A stretch of 64,000 nt of DNA, from assembly GCA_963827235.1 (NCBI GenBank), contig CAWHAE010000009.1, positions 928,001 to 992,000 of the forward strand, written 5' to 3'. The stretch is from an uncultured bacterium (lineage in GTDB: Bacteria > Chloroflexota > UBA5177 > JANWHV01). Both the position numbers and the translations under genes were made by a program. The first letter of the stretch is position 1. Every line of letters starts with the position of its first letter. The notes below the pieces were generated by a model that did not search any database, was not told where the DNA came from, and saw only the letters and a list, made by a program, of their open reading frames with translations. This document shows positions 55,501-63,453 of this stretch, in pieces.

Positions 55501-58322
55501 GCGTCTGCCACGATGTGATACTGGCCACCCATTGGCGCGGCGAAGGGAAAAGAGGCCATGCCGTGAGCATCCGTTTTGACCGTGAGAGTCTTCAAGAGAG
55601 TATCCGCCGGCACGTACTGCTGGCTCACCGACCCATCCTCCTGTTTGACGACCACGTTGTGGTAGTCGCGGCGGAAGACGCGAACGCGCACGGGCAAGCG
55701 GTCGACCGGCGTAGTACCGTCGTCGGCGAGGCTGACGACGTGGATACGCTGTGCGGCACCGGGAGCGACAATCTGGTGATCGGCCTGCAGGCCGAGCTGC
55801 ACGGCGCTGCTGAACACGGCGACGCTGGTGCGCCCGGCGACCGGTTGGTTGTCGATGTCCGTGACGTCGGCTTCCACGGAGTAGGATTGGGCCAGCAGAC
55901 CTTTGGGCAGCTTGGCCGGAATGCGCAGAAGGACGGTGCCGTTGGTGCCGGTGGTGGCGTTGCCCTGGTAGAGCGTGTAGGAGGCGCCGCAAGTGGCGCA
56001 GATGGAGACGCCGAAGCCCAGGTCGTCGGCTGCCGGATCGTAGGCGCCGAACGAGTAGTCAGAGACGAGATCGGTGAAGAACGCGTACGTGTAGCCGAGG
56101 ACCGACCAGTGTACCTTGGCGTGCGCGACGGGTCCGCCGAAGTAGTAGCTGACGCCGACGGTAGCGAGGATGGTCTGGCCAAGACTATAGGTGGAGGCCG
56201 GCGTACCGATCGAGACGCTGTAGTTGGGCTCCTTGTATTCGGCTACCTGGAACGAGGCACTGCTCGACTGCGTGCCGATGGCGGCACTGAGACTGTAGTT
56301 GCCGAGCGAGGCGCCGGCGGCCAGGCAGAGGTCGGCGTGAAAGGCGCCGAACGAGTCCAGGAGAACCGTCTTCCTTGCTACCGTCTTTCCGGTGCCATCC
56401 GTGAGCACGAGCCGGACGGGGCCGGTGACAAGGCTATAGCTTGCGTCGTCGTCGGCACGGGCCACACCCCGCACGTGTAACATCTGCCCCGGCCGGTAGA
56501 TGGACCGATCCGTGGCGATGTTCATGCGGATGGCCGGCTGAGAGGAGGCATAGCTGATGCCGAAGTCGTAGGGGCTGATGCCGCTGCTCCACGACGAGCC
56601 GGCGACCACGGCATCGCCGGATCGCGCGGCGGCGACCACGATCTGGCCGTACTGCAGTAAGCTCTGCGCGTAACCGGAGAACTGGAGCGTGGCCAGACCC
56701 CGGGCATTGGTGGTGGCGCGGCCGAGCACGAGGTCGACCGACTGGCTGTCAGGCGCCGAGGTGCGCCAGAGCCGCGGCAGAAACTCGCGCGGCAGCGTCG
56801 ACTGAGAGAGGTTCGTGGCCAGAACCTGCACCGGCAGATTGGCGATCGGAGCGCCGGTTTTCAGATCGGTCGCCCATACCAGTACCTGGTCGTGCGAGAC
56901 CTTGATCGTGAGGCCGGTGCGCGTGACGAGCAGGAGCTCGACGTCGCGCGCGTCGGCGGACGCGTTGGAGGTGGCGACCACGAGATAGTATCCCGGGGCC
57001 AAGGCCTTGTGGCCGGGCAGATCGGCGACCACCTGCAAGGGGATAGTCTTGTTGAGCGGCGCGTCCGGTCGCACGACGATGTCACCGACCTCCTGGCCGC
57101 CGGCCACGGTGCCGGTCGTGAGGTCGTAGACGTCGCTCATATCGTCGACGAACGTCTGCTGATCCAGCGTGTACAGGGTGAAGTCGACCGTGCCGGGGTT
57201 GACGGCCTGCAAGCTGAGGGTAATGGGCCGGGTGGCTTCGTACACGGCCACGCTGCCGGAGACGAAGTAGAGCTGCGGCGGGAGAGACGCGCTCACGAAA
57301 TGCAGCGTGAACGGCCTACCCAGCGTATCGCCCGCACGGGCACGCAGGCCGGCCCGGATGCCGATCGTGTAGGCGGTGGAGGGTGCGAACTGCCCGTAGA
57401 TGTGCAGGGAGAGGTCGTCGTCTCCCTCGGTGACGTAGCGGTTGGGCACGTCGGGCGAGAGGCGCAGGTTGGTAAGGGCAGACTTCTCGTCGATCGGGGC
57501 ATTGAACTCGACGATCACGCCGTCGCCTGTATCGGCGTCGCTAGAATTGGCGGCCGGGGTCGTGCCGACCACGTGCAGATACGGCGCCACGGCGAAGCTC
57601 CAGGTAAGGGAGGTGGGCATGGGAAGCGGCCCCTCGGCGGAGCGCGCACCGGCGTCGAGCCGGGCCGTGTACATGGCACTGCGCGTCAGCGCGTGCAGGG
57701 GCCTGAAGCGCAACGCGCCCGCGGACCACGAGAAGACGCCGGGCACGGACTTGCCCGTCGCGTCTCGGAGGTGAAAGGCGCTCTGAACGCTCGCGTGATC
57801 CATCTGCTGGTTGAAGATGAGGGAGACGGCCGGATCCGGGAGCGCGTACTGGTAACCATCGGCAGGATACACGTCGACCAGACGCGGCAGCACGGTAGTG
57901 AACGACCACGCATAGGTTGACTGGAGGCGCGTGCCATCGATCGCCTTGAGGCCGGCGGCGATGCTCAGCCGATACGTGGTGGCGGCATGAAGGTACTTGG
58001 CGTTCCACGCATAGATCGAGCTCGTCACCCACCTGCCGCTGCCCCGGAGCGCGGGAATGCTGTGTAGGGGAGCGAGCGCGGGAGACTCGCCAAGCGCGGT
58101 GAGCGCCGCCACAGGGCGGTCGAACGCCACCATGATGGTGGTCGCCGCGGCGACGCCGCCGGTCGAGGGCGCGGGCGAGACGGCTCGAACGGAGAGGTCG
58201 GGCGACGCTATCGCGCCGGCGTGCGAGGCGTGTCCGGGCGGGAAACCGCCGAGGAGCAGGATGGGAAGCAGCAAGAGCGCGATGAAGCGCTTGGCCGGCG
58301 ACTGTCGGTCCTGGGTCGGCAT
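52554..58322 (-). CDS. Bacterial alpha-2-macroglobulin family protein with N-terminal Ig-like domains
   Basis: Signal peptide; FNQQMD / FNAPID Ig-like repeats; TDRSIYRPGQ, FQVAEYK, RQNFQDTAYW, LPDNTTTW, DGGFGWW, EDPLPAG, YFPEVFGRS. Confidence 0.92.
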   Translation of the reverse strand: MPTQDRQSPAKRFIALLLLPILLLGGFPPGHASHAGAIASPDLSVRAVSPAPSTGGVAAATTIMVAFDRPVAALTALGESPALAPLHSIPALRGSGRWVTSSIYAWNAKYLHAATTYRLSIAAGLKAIDGTRLQSTYAWSFTTVLPRLVDVYPADGYQYALPDPAVSLIFNQQMDHASVQSAFHLRDATGKSVPGVFSWSAGALRFRPLHALTRSAMYTARLDAGARSAEGPLPMPTSLTWSFAVAPYLHVVGTTPAANSSDADTGDGVIVEFNAPIDEKSALTNLRLSPDVPNRYVTEGDDDLSLHIYGQFAPSTAYTIGIRAGLRARAGDTLGRPFTLHFVSASLPPQLYFVSGSVAVYEATRPITLSLQAVNPGTVDFTLYTLDQQTFVDDMSDVYDLTTGTVAGGQEVGDIVVRPDAPLNKTIPLQVVADLPGHKALAPGYYLVVATSNASADARDVELLLVTRTGLTIKVSHDQVLVWATDLKTGAPIANLPVQVLATNLSQSTLPREFLPRLWRTSAPDSQSVDLVLGRATTNARGLATLQFSGYAQSLLQYGQIVVAAARSGDAVVAGSSWSSGISPYDFGISYASSQPAIRMNIATDRSIYRPGQMLHVRGVARADDDASYSLVTGPVRLVLTDGTGKTVARKTVLLDSFGAFHADLCLAAGASLGNYSLSAAIGTQSSSASFQVAEYKEPNYSVSIGTPASTYSLGQTILATVGVSYYFGGPVAHAKVHWSVLGYTYAFFTDLVSDYSFGAYDPAADDLGFGVSICATCGASYTLYQGNATTGTNGTVLLRIPAKLPKGLLAQSYSVEADVTDIDNQPVAGRTSVAVFSSAVQLGLQADHQIVAPGAAQRIHVVSLADDGTTPVDRLPVRVRVFRRDYHNVVVKQEDGSVSQQYVPADTLLKTLTVKTDAHGMASFPFAAPMGGQYHIVADARDKYGNTSQSSIEIYAGGETPIDWSSQQQGHIRLITDKRTYQSGDVAHIMVTTPYSNATALITIERGRILNSSVRRLAGTATVLDIPVESSYLPDTYVSVVIERGSAATGRPDWRLGYARIHVDSAERALRISVTPAKSRVAPGQTLPIKIRVVDHAGEPVRSQIGLSLVDEANLALTGNSGTGSGLLDTFYGDRELGVTTSDTLNLSPVLLLSKHTVLANRHAYATDGAGGEALSTPSAARSANQSASAPGNVFAAKSPVVLSLVPAVSIRQNFQDTAYWNAAVVTGADGSATVDVPLPDNTTTWKILGQGVTASSLVGAASTSVMATKDLLLRPIAPRFFDLGDKARIGATVNNASNRHVEAHLRLLLADGSPKLTPTVIGDKLVKLEPGGELDVTWPITITALGTATVLVEAVDTSHPATNDAVQLALPVRENSTPETVATSGQAGADTREQVRIPANAEPNEGSLTVILEPTLASGLRVGADFLARYPYESSVDLASQILGETELGRLPARASVLTKAERGHLGADVAGRLSSLYDDQHGDGGFGWWIDDPYSSPYITVYVVEALAGARDLGYKVSQSVLDNAVSYLIANMQSPAATNNAAYDANLQASLVYSVTLAGRPADVADLAAQLYDVRDLLATYAKAQLIQVFAPLNNAAAHARVLGLLSDLTSAAKTSGASVHWEEPSYDWADLDSDIATSATVLDALVKTQPDSPLIPSAVRWLMAARTADAWQSSYATAVSVRGLVDYVFASGELNADYHYTVRLNGALWGSGSVGAANLAQNRTLTRSLGREMPAGSTQNIAFSRDVRPNNGNLSYVIRLRYFRPVDQIEAAGAGLSMSRAYLTADGRSASNGSTIRVQIRLTTSQDLFYLTLEDPLPAGAEAVDSSLQTTSQLAQIQNTSKIPAGTTDLSWYVTHTDLRDDRTVLFLSYLPAGSYQYTYLIHCTTQGIYHTLPAHAQQDYFPEVFGRSSGSYFTVR

Positions 58323-58476
58323 TGACGGATCCTCCACTGCATCAGGGCGGCTGCCCGGCGGGCATCCGCGGCCGGGTGCCTTACGCACATCTATGCGAAG
58401 AACGCGGCGATGGCGGCGAACGTAACGAGGTCTCGTCGTCTCAGCCCATCACGTTCCACCGGCCAGGGGTGTCAAG

Positions 58477-58898
58477 TCAGCAACCGTCGTCGGCAAGGTG
58501 GTGCAGCACCGCGAACCGGGTTGCCGCGGCGCACGACGAGACGCCGAGCTTGTTGTAGATGGCGTGCAGATGCTGCTCTACGGTGCGGGGACTGAGCACC
58601 AACCTTTCGGCCACCCCAGCGCTGGAAAGGCCCTCGGCCACGAGCGGCAACACTTCTACCTCGCGCATGCTCAGACCGGCTGGATAGGCCGAGGAGGTTG
58701 CATGCTGTCCGAGCCTGGCCCTGAGCCCGGCAAGCTGCGTCAGGGCAGATTGCGCACCAAGGGGCTCGAGGATGGCGGCCGACTGCTTCAGGTATGCAGC
58801 GATATCGTCCGTCTCTCGCCCGGCTATGCAGAGCTCAGCCAGCGCCAACAAGGTCAGCGCCTCCTCGTACGGGGTTGCGCAGGAGCGTGCCAGGCTAA
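58477..58898 (-). pseudogene. 3' part (LuxR HTH) of an IS630-interrupted regulator
   Basis: YPAGLSMREVEVL..GLS...VAERLVLSPRTVEQHL..IYNKLGV; joins the 63454+ part in frame (SHLEASLSLARSCATPYEEA) once the IS is removed. Confidence 0.85.
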
Positions 58899-58981
58899 GT
58901 GGTCGCTTTCACAATGAGTTGTAGGGTGTGTGGTATGGTGAGAGGCATCACGCTATCCGCGACCAACGAGACGGACCGAGC

Positions 58982-59950
58982 ATGCCTGGACCGCTTCCCC
59001 ACTACCAGCCCGTCTTCACCGACGAGCAGATTGCTGCGTGCTTGCGCCTTGTGCGCCAGCGCACGGCACCGCAAGCACAGGTGTACCGCGCCAAGTTGGC
59101 GCTGCTGCTGCACGCCCAGCCGGCCCTGGATAACCCGAGCGCCGGACGGCTGGTGGGCAAGCACGAGAACTGGGTGCGCTACTGGCGGCGCACCTGGGCC
59201 ATCGAGGGCTTTCGCCTGGCGGACAAGCCAGGCAGCGGGCGCAAGCCCCGGTTTTCCCCCTCTGGCCAGAGCCACGGTGACGGCGCTGGCCTGCGAGCTG
59301 CCGGCCCAGCGCGGTGAACCGCTCAGCCGCTACAGTATGGCCGAGATCGCCCGTCTGATTCGGGCGCACCCGGATGCGCCGCCGATGAGCCAGAGTACGA
59401 TCTGGCGCATTCTGGACCGCGATGCCCTCAAGCCCTGGCGCTACCGCAGTTGGATCTTCCCGCGCGACCCGCAGTTTGCGGCGAAGGCCGGGCGCGTCCT
59501 GGACCTGTACGCCGGCTTCTGGGAGGGCCAGCCGCTGGAGCCTGCAGACTGCATCCTCAGCGCAGACGAAAAGACGAGCATTCAGGCGCGTATCCGGCGT
59601 CATGCCAGTCTGCCGCCGTCGCCGCAGCAGGGCACGCAACCGGGCCGGCCCAGCTACGTCGAGCAGGAGTACCGGCGCGGTGGTGCTCTGGCCTACCTGG
59701 CGGCCTGGGACGTGCGGCGCGGGCACATCAGCGGGCGCTGCGAGGCCACCACCGGCAAAGCCCCCTTCGGCCGGCTGGTCGACCAGCTCATGCAGCAGGA
59801 ACCCTACCGCTCGGCGCCTCGCGTCTTCTGGGTCGTGGACAACGGCTCCAGCCATCGCGGTGCCCGGGCGCAGCGGGAACTGGCGGCCCGCTATCCCAAC
59901 CTGATCCTGGTCCATCTGCCTACCCACGCATCCTGGCTCAACCAAATCGA
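58982..59950 (+). pseudogene. IS630 transposase, N-terminal part (HTH orf, -1 shift at TTTTCCCCC, DDE domain), interrupted
   Basis: DKPGSGRKPRFSP; ALACELP; SADEKTSIQA; EYRRGG; VVDNGSSH; HLPTHASWLNQIE. Confidence 0.9.
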
Positions 59951-60525
59951 ACCAAGACCAAGCCATTGCAGGGACGCTGCCTAGTGGTGATAAGCTACTG
60001 GGCTATACCATAGTCCAATATCCCGGTCATCCCCTCGCTGGCCGCAGCGTCCCCGTGGTACGGCGCTACGGTCGCCGCGAGCGAGGGCAGTGGGTGATCG
60101 AACTGCCGGATGGCAGCCGGCAATACCTTCCCGCCTCCTGGTGTTCGCCGCTCGTTGCGGCAGAAGGAGCGCTTCCTGTGCCCGCATCGTCCCCGGATGA
60201 ATCGTCCGATGGTGGTGCCCGTCCGCTGCTGAGCGTGACCGCGCTGCGTGACCTGGCTGCCCTGGTGCGTCGCCTGCAGGAGGCGGCAGCCCCGCGTGGA
60301 GAGGAGCAGGGCGATGCAGGGGACGCAGGAGTGGCCGTGCCCGGAAGCGAACGAGCGGACGGGCGTGGTGAGCAGCGGGAGCGGGGTGGTGGCGTTGCCG
60401 AACTGGGAGAGCTTCCAGGAGGCGGACCGGCGCCAGCTGGTGCAGACCATCCTGCACGTGGCGCGTCGGCAGGTGGAGCAAGCGGGCCCGGCAGACCGAC
60501 TCCGCGGAAAGTGAGGCAGCCGTGA
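59951..60525 (+). CDS. DUF5372-like accessory protein; 5' end lies at the other end of the element
   Basis: Frame is open from the junction: ..TIVQYPGHPLAGRSVPVVRR..LPDGSRQYLPASW; no ATG/GTG/TTG before 60055, which is downstream of the HPL motif. Confidence 0.7.
60314..60514 (+). CDS. 66-aa hypothetical protein overlapping the preceding ORF in another frame
   Basis: GAGGAG RBS, ATG 60314, helical LPNWESFQEADRRQLVQTILHVARRQV; stops 7 bp before the recombinase start. Confidence 0.5.
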   Translation: MQGTQEWPCPEANERTGVVSSGSGVVALPNWESFQEADRRQLVQTILHVARRQVEQAGPADRLRGK

Positions 60526-62783
60526 GCGCGAACACAGCGGCAGGCGCGGTGTGGGACCAGGTGGCGGCAGGTACGGCCGATCCCAAAGTCCGGGCCCAGC
60601 ACCTGGGCCGCCAGGCGCTGATCTACGTGCGCCAATCCAGTCCCAACCAGGTACAACGCCACCCCGAAAGCGCGCGCCGGCAATATGGGTTGGTCGAGCG
60701 AGCCGCCCAGTTGGGCTGGCCACGCGATCAGATTGTGGTCATCGATGAGGACCAGGGCAAGAGCGGCGCGGGCAGCGCCGCCAGCCAGGGTCGTGATGGC
60801 TTTGCCCGGCTGGCCGCTGCCGTCAGCCTGGGTGAGGTCGGCTTAGTGCTGGCGCTGGAGGTGGCCCGGCTGGCGCGCAATTCGGCGGAGTGGTATCGCT
60901 TGCTCGAACTCGCCGGCTACAGCGGCACCCTGATCGCCGACGAGGCGACCGTCTACGATCCTCGGCTCTTCAATGACCGCCTGCTCTTGGGCCTGCGGGG
61001 AACGATCAGCGAGGTGGAACTGCATTGCATCCAGGAGCGCCTCCACGGCGCCCGCATGAGCAAGGCACAGCGCGGAGACTTACCGATCCGCCTGCCTGCT
61101 GGCTACCTGGCGGACCACGCCGGCCGCGTCGAACTCGATCCCGACCAGGAAGTGCAAGGGGCGATACGGACGATCTTCGCCCAATTTGAGGGGCTGGGCA
61201 CCGTCACCGCCGTGCTGCACTTCTTCACCGCGCACGGGCTGCTGGTGCCCCGGCGCCGCTGGCACGCCGAGAGCGGGTCGCAGATCGTGTGGATGCGGCC
61301 CAGCTACCAGGCATTGCACACGGTGCTCACCAATCCCGTCTATGCCGGGGCCTACGTCTACGGGCAGCGCGGACCGGCCGCGGATCTGGGGGCGCCAAAG
61401 CGGCGCCACCGGTATGCCGCGGAGGAAGCGGCGGTGCTGCTGCGCGACCACCACCCCGCGTATATTAGCTGGGAACGCTTTCTCGCCACGCGGGCAACCC
61501 TGCAGGACAATGCCAGCCAGTTCCCCGCGAGCAGAGGCGCACCGCGGCGCGGGCATGGTCTCTTGCAAGGCCTCGTGGTCTGCGGCCGGTGTGGCTGCCG
61601 CATGCGGCTGCAGTACGGCGACACCAGCACTGCGTACGTCTGCATCACGCGGCATCAACGCTACGGGGAGCCGCTCTGCCAGAGCCTGACCATGGACCAC
61701 GTCGACCGCGCCGTCAGCGAGGCGTTCCTAGCGGTCATCGCGCCGGCACAGGTCGCGGCGGCCCTGGCGCTGGCGGAAGACGTGGAGCGCGACCGGGCTG
61801 CTGCCCAGCGCCAATGGGAGTTGCGGCTGGAGCGGGCTCGCTACGAGGCCGAACGGGCCTTCCGGCAGTACGACCTCTGCGAGCCGGAGAACCGGCTGGT
61901 GGCGCGGGAGCTGGAAGGGCGCTGGAATGGCACGCTGCGCGAGGTGAGTGCGCTCGAGGCACAGTACCGGCAGGAGCAGGACCGCAGCCTGGCGCCGCTC
62001 ACCCCCGCAGAACAGACCGCGATCTGGCAGCTCGTGGGCGACATGCGTGCCCTCTGGGCGGCAACGCAGACGACCATGGAGGATCGCAAGCGCCTGCTGC
62101 GCTGTCTCATCCGCGAGGTGGTGCTTCTGCGCGACGACCGGCCCAGAGCGACGGGTGGCCTGACGACCATCCGCATTGGCTGGTGCAGCGGCGCCTGGAG
62201 CACCCTGCAGGTGCACCGGCCCGGCAGTGGCGATGCCGCCAACACGCCGGAGGCCGTCCTGAGCCGGATTCGGGGGCTGGCGCAGGACCATGCCGACGAT
62301 CAAGTCGCCCGGATCCTGAATGCGGAAGGTCTGCAAACGCGGCAAGGTCTGCCCTGGACCTACCTGCGGGTGCAGCAGGTCCGCCTGCGCCACCGCATCC
62401 CGACCGCCTGTCCGATCGTACCGCGCGACGGCGGCCCTCGCGGCGATGGTCTGGTGCCGGCGGGTACCGTCGCCGCCCAACTGGGCGTGGCGCGATCGGT
62501 GGTGGCGGAGTGGTGCCGGTGCGGCTTTCTGCGCGCCGAGCAGAAGGCGAGACTGGATCCCCGCTGGATCCAGCTCACCGCGGAGGACCGGGCGCGTCTG
62601 GACGGGACGCTGGCCGCGCAGGGCTACGGCCAGTGGCGGATCCGTGACGCCCAGCAGGTGCTCGGGCTGAACGCCGAGGCGCTGTACGCGCAGGTGCGAG
62701 CAGGCCAGCTGGTGGCCTATCGCGCGCACGTCGGGGCGCACTGGGAGTGGCGGGTCGGTCCGGCCACGCCGCCTGAACCGTAA
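60522..62783 (+). CDS. Large serine recombinase
   Basis: YVRQS catalytic Ser, DEDQGKSG, ARLARN, recombinase domain NPVYAG, zinc ribbon CGRCG..C..C, coiled coil, C-terminal HTH-like repeats. Confidence 0.94.
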   Translation: MSANTAAGAVWDQVAAGTADPKVRAQHLGRQALIYVRQSSPNQVQRHPESARRQYGLVERAAQLGWPRDQIVVIDEDQGKSGAGSAASQGRDGFARLAAAVSLGEVGLVLALEVARLARNSAEWYRLLELAGYSGTLIADEATVYDPRLFNDRLLLGLRGTISEVELHCIQERLHGARMSKAQRGDLPIRLPAGYLADHAGRVELDPDQEVQGAIRTIFAQFEGLGTVTAVLHFFTAHGLLVPRRRWHAESGSQIVWMRPSYQALHTVLTNPVYAGAYVYGQRGPAADLGAPKRRHRYAAEEAAVLLRDHHPAYISWERFLATRATLQDNASQFPASRGAPRRGHGLLQGLVVCGRCGCRMRLQYGDTSTAYVCITRHQRYGEPLCQSLTMDHVDRAVSEAFLAVIAPAQVAAALALAEDVERDRAAAQRQWELRLERARYEAERAFRQYDLCEPENRLVARELEGRWNGTLREVSALEAQYRQEQDRSLAPLTPAEQTAIWQLVGDMRALWAATQTTMEDRKRLLRCLIREVVLLRDDRPRATGGLTTIRIGWCSGAWSTLQVHRPGSGDAANTPEAVLSRIRGLAQDHADDQVARILNAEGLQTRQGLPWTYLRVQQVRLRHRIPTACPIVPRDGGPRGDGLVPAGTVAAQLGVARSVVAEWCRCGFLRAEQKARLDPRWIQLTAEDRARLDGTLAAQGYGQWRIRDAQQVLGLNAEALYAQVRAGQLVAYRAHVGAHWEWRVGPATPPEP

Positions 62784-62806
62784 CGTGACGCATCAGGGAG
62801 ACCGCC

Positions 62807-63130
62807 ATGCCCCAGCCACGCCGCTATCAGGACAACGCCGCCAAGCAACGCGCCTACCGCACGCGCCAGGAACAGGCCCGGCGCGAGGAGCAACAGGCCA
62901 AGGGACTGCCGCCCGCCCCGCCGTTGCCGACCCTGCCCAGCCGCGAACGCTGGCAGGCGCTCCTCACCCAGGCGCGGCTGGCCCTAGAAACCGCGCGCGA
63001 CGAAATGCACGCATATTACGACGACCGGTCCGACGCCTGGCAGCAGGGCGAGCGTGCGGCGACACTCGCCGAGGAGATCGAGCAGCTGGACGTGATCCTG
63101 GAGGAACTTGAGGCAGTGCTATTGCCTTAA
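62807..63130 (+). CDS. 107-aa hypothetical protein of the recombinase element
   Basis: GGGAG RBS; basic N-terminus RRYQDNAAKQRAYRTRQ, acidic helical C-terminus. Confidence 0.75.
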   Translation: MPQPRRYQDNAAKQRAYRTRQEQARREEQQAKGLPPAPPLPTLPSRERWQALLTQARLALETARDEMHAYYDDRSDAWQQGERAATLAEEIEQLDVILEELEAVLLP

Positions 63131-63211
63131 ACGCCCAACGCAGCGGCTGACGTGCCCGCTGATAGGCGGGCACGCCTCATCAAAGGAGATGCATTCGAAT
63201 GGGCTCACTGA

Positions 63212-63425
63212 GATCTACTTCTCTATCGTCCAACGCAAGGTGCTCAGCCCCAATGACTTCGCCGACCTGGCGGCGGTGGAGCAGCGCTTGCTCGCCTTCG
63301 AGGGCCTCTACAATCACACGGCGCAGCCCTTCGCCTGGAAGTTCACCCGGCCGGACCTCGAGCGGCGGCTGGCGCAACTGCGGCCAGTCCAGCAGCATGA
63401 ACCTGTCCTGGATCAGGCCGCCTAA
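63212..63425 (+). pseudogene. IS630 transposase, C-terminal part
   Basis: IYFSIVQRKVLSPNDF..FEGLYNHTAQPFAWKFTR. Confidence 0.88.
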
Positions 63426-63453
63426 CCCTACTGCTGTTTATGAAAAGGTCCAC

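Larger units (their letters stand above)
59951..63211 (+). mobile_element. 3261-bp large serine recombinase integrative element
   Basis: Junctions ATC-GA|ACC (59949-59950) and ACT-GA|GATC (63210-63211); removal restores AAC CAA ATC GAG ATC TAC TTC (NQIEIYF). Confidence 0.9.
58899..63453 (+). mobile_element. IS630-family insertion sequence carrying a nested element (about 1294 bp without it)
   Basis: Imperfect terminal inverted repeats AGTGGTCGCTTTCACAATGAG vs AGTGGACCTTTTCATAAACAG (15/21); CTAAG at both junctions (58895-58899, 63453-63457). Confidence 0.88.

Noticed and set aside
53211-56480. 1089-aa plus-strand ORF and similar long antisense ORFs (e.g. 48595-50760, 15406-17220, 29443-30882)
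   Set aside because: Shadows of real genes on the opposite strand in GC-rich DNA, with no recognisable motifs.
59951-63211. Self-splicing intron or IStron in the transposase
   Set aside because: No group I/II intron ends or reverse transcriptase; the GA core and serine recombinase explain the junctions.
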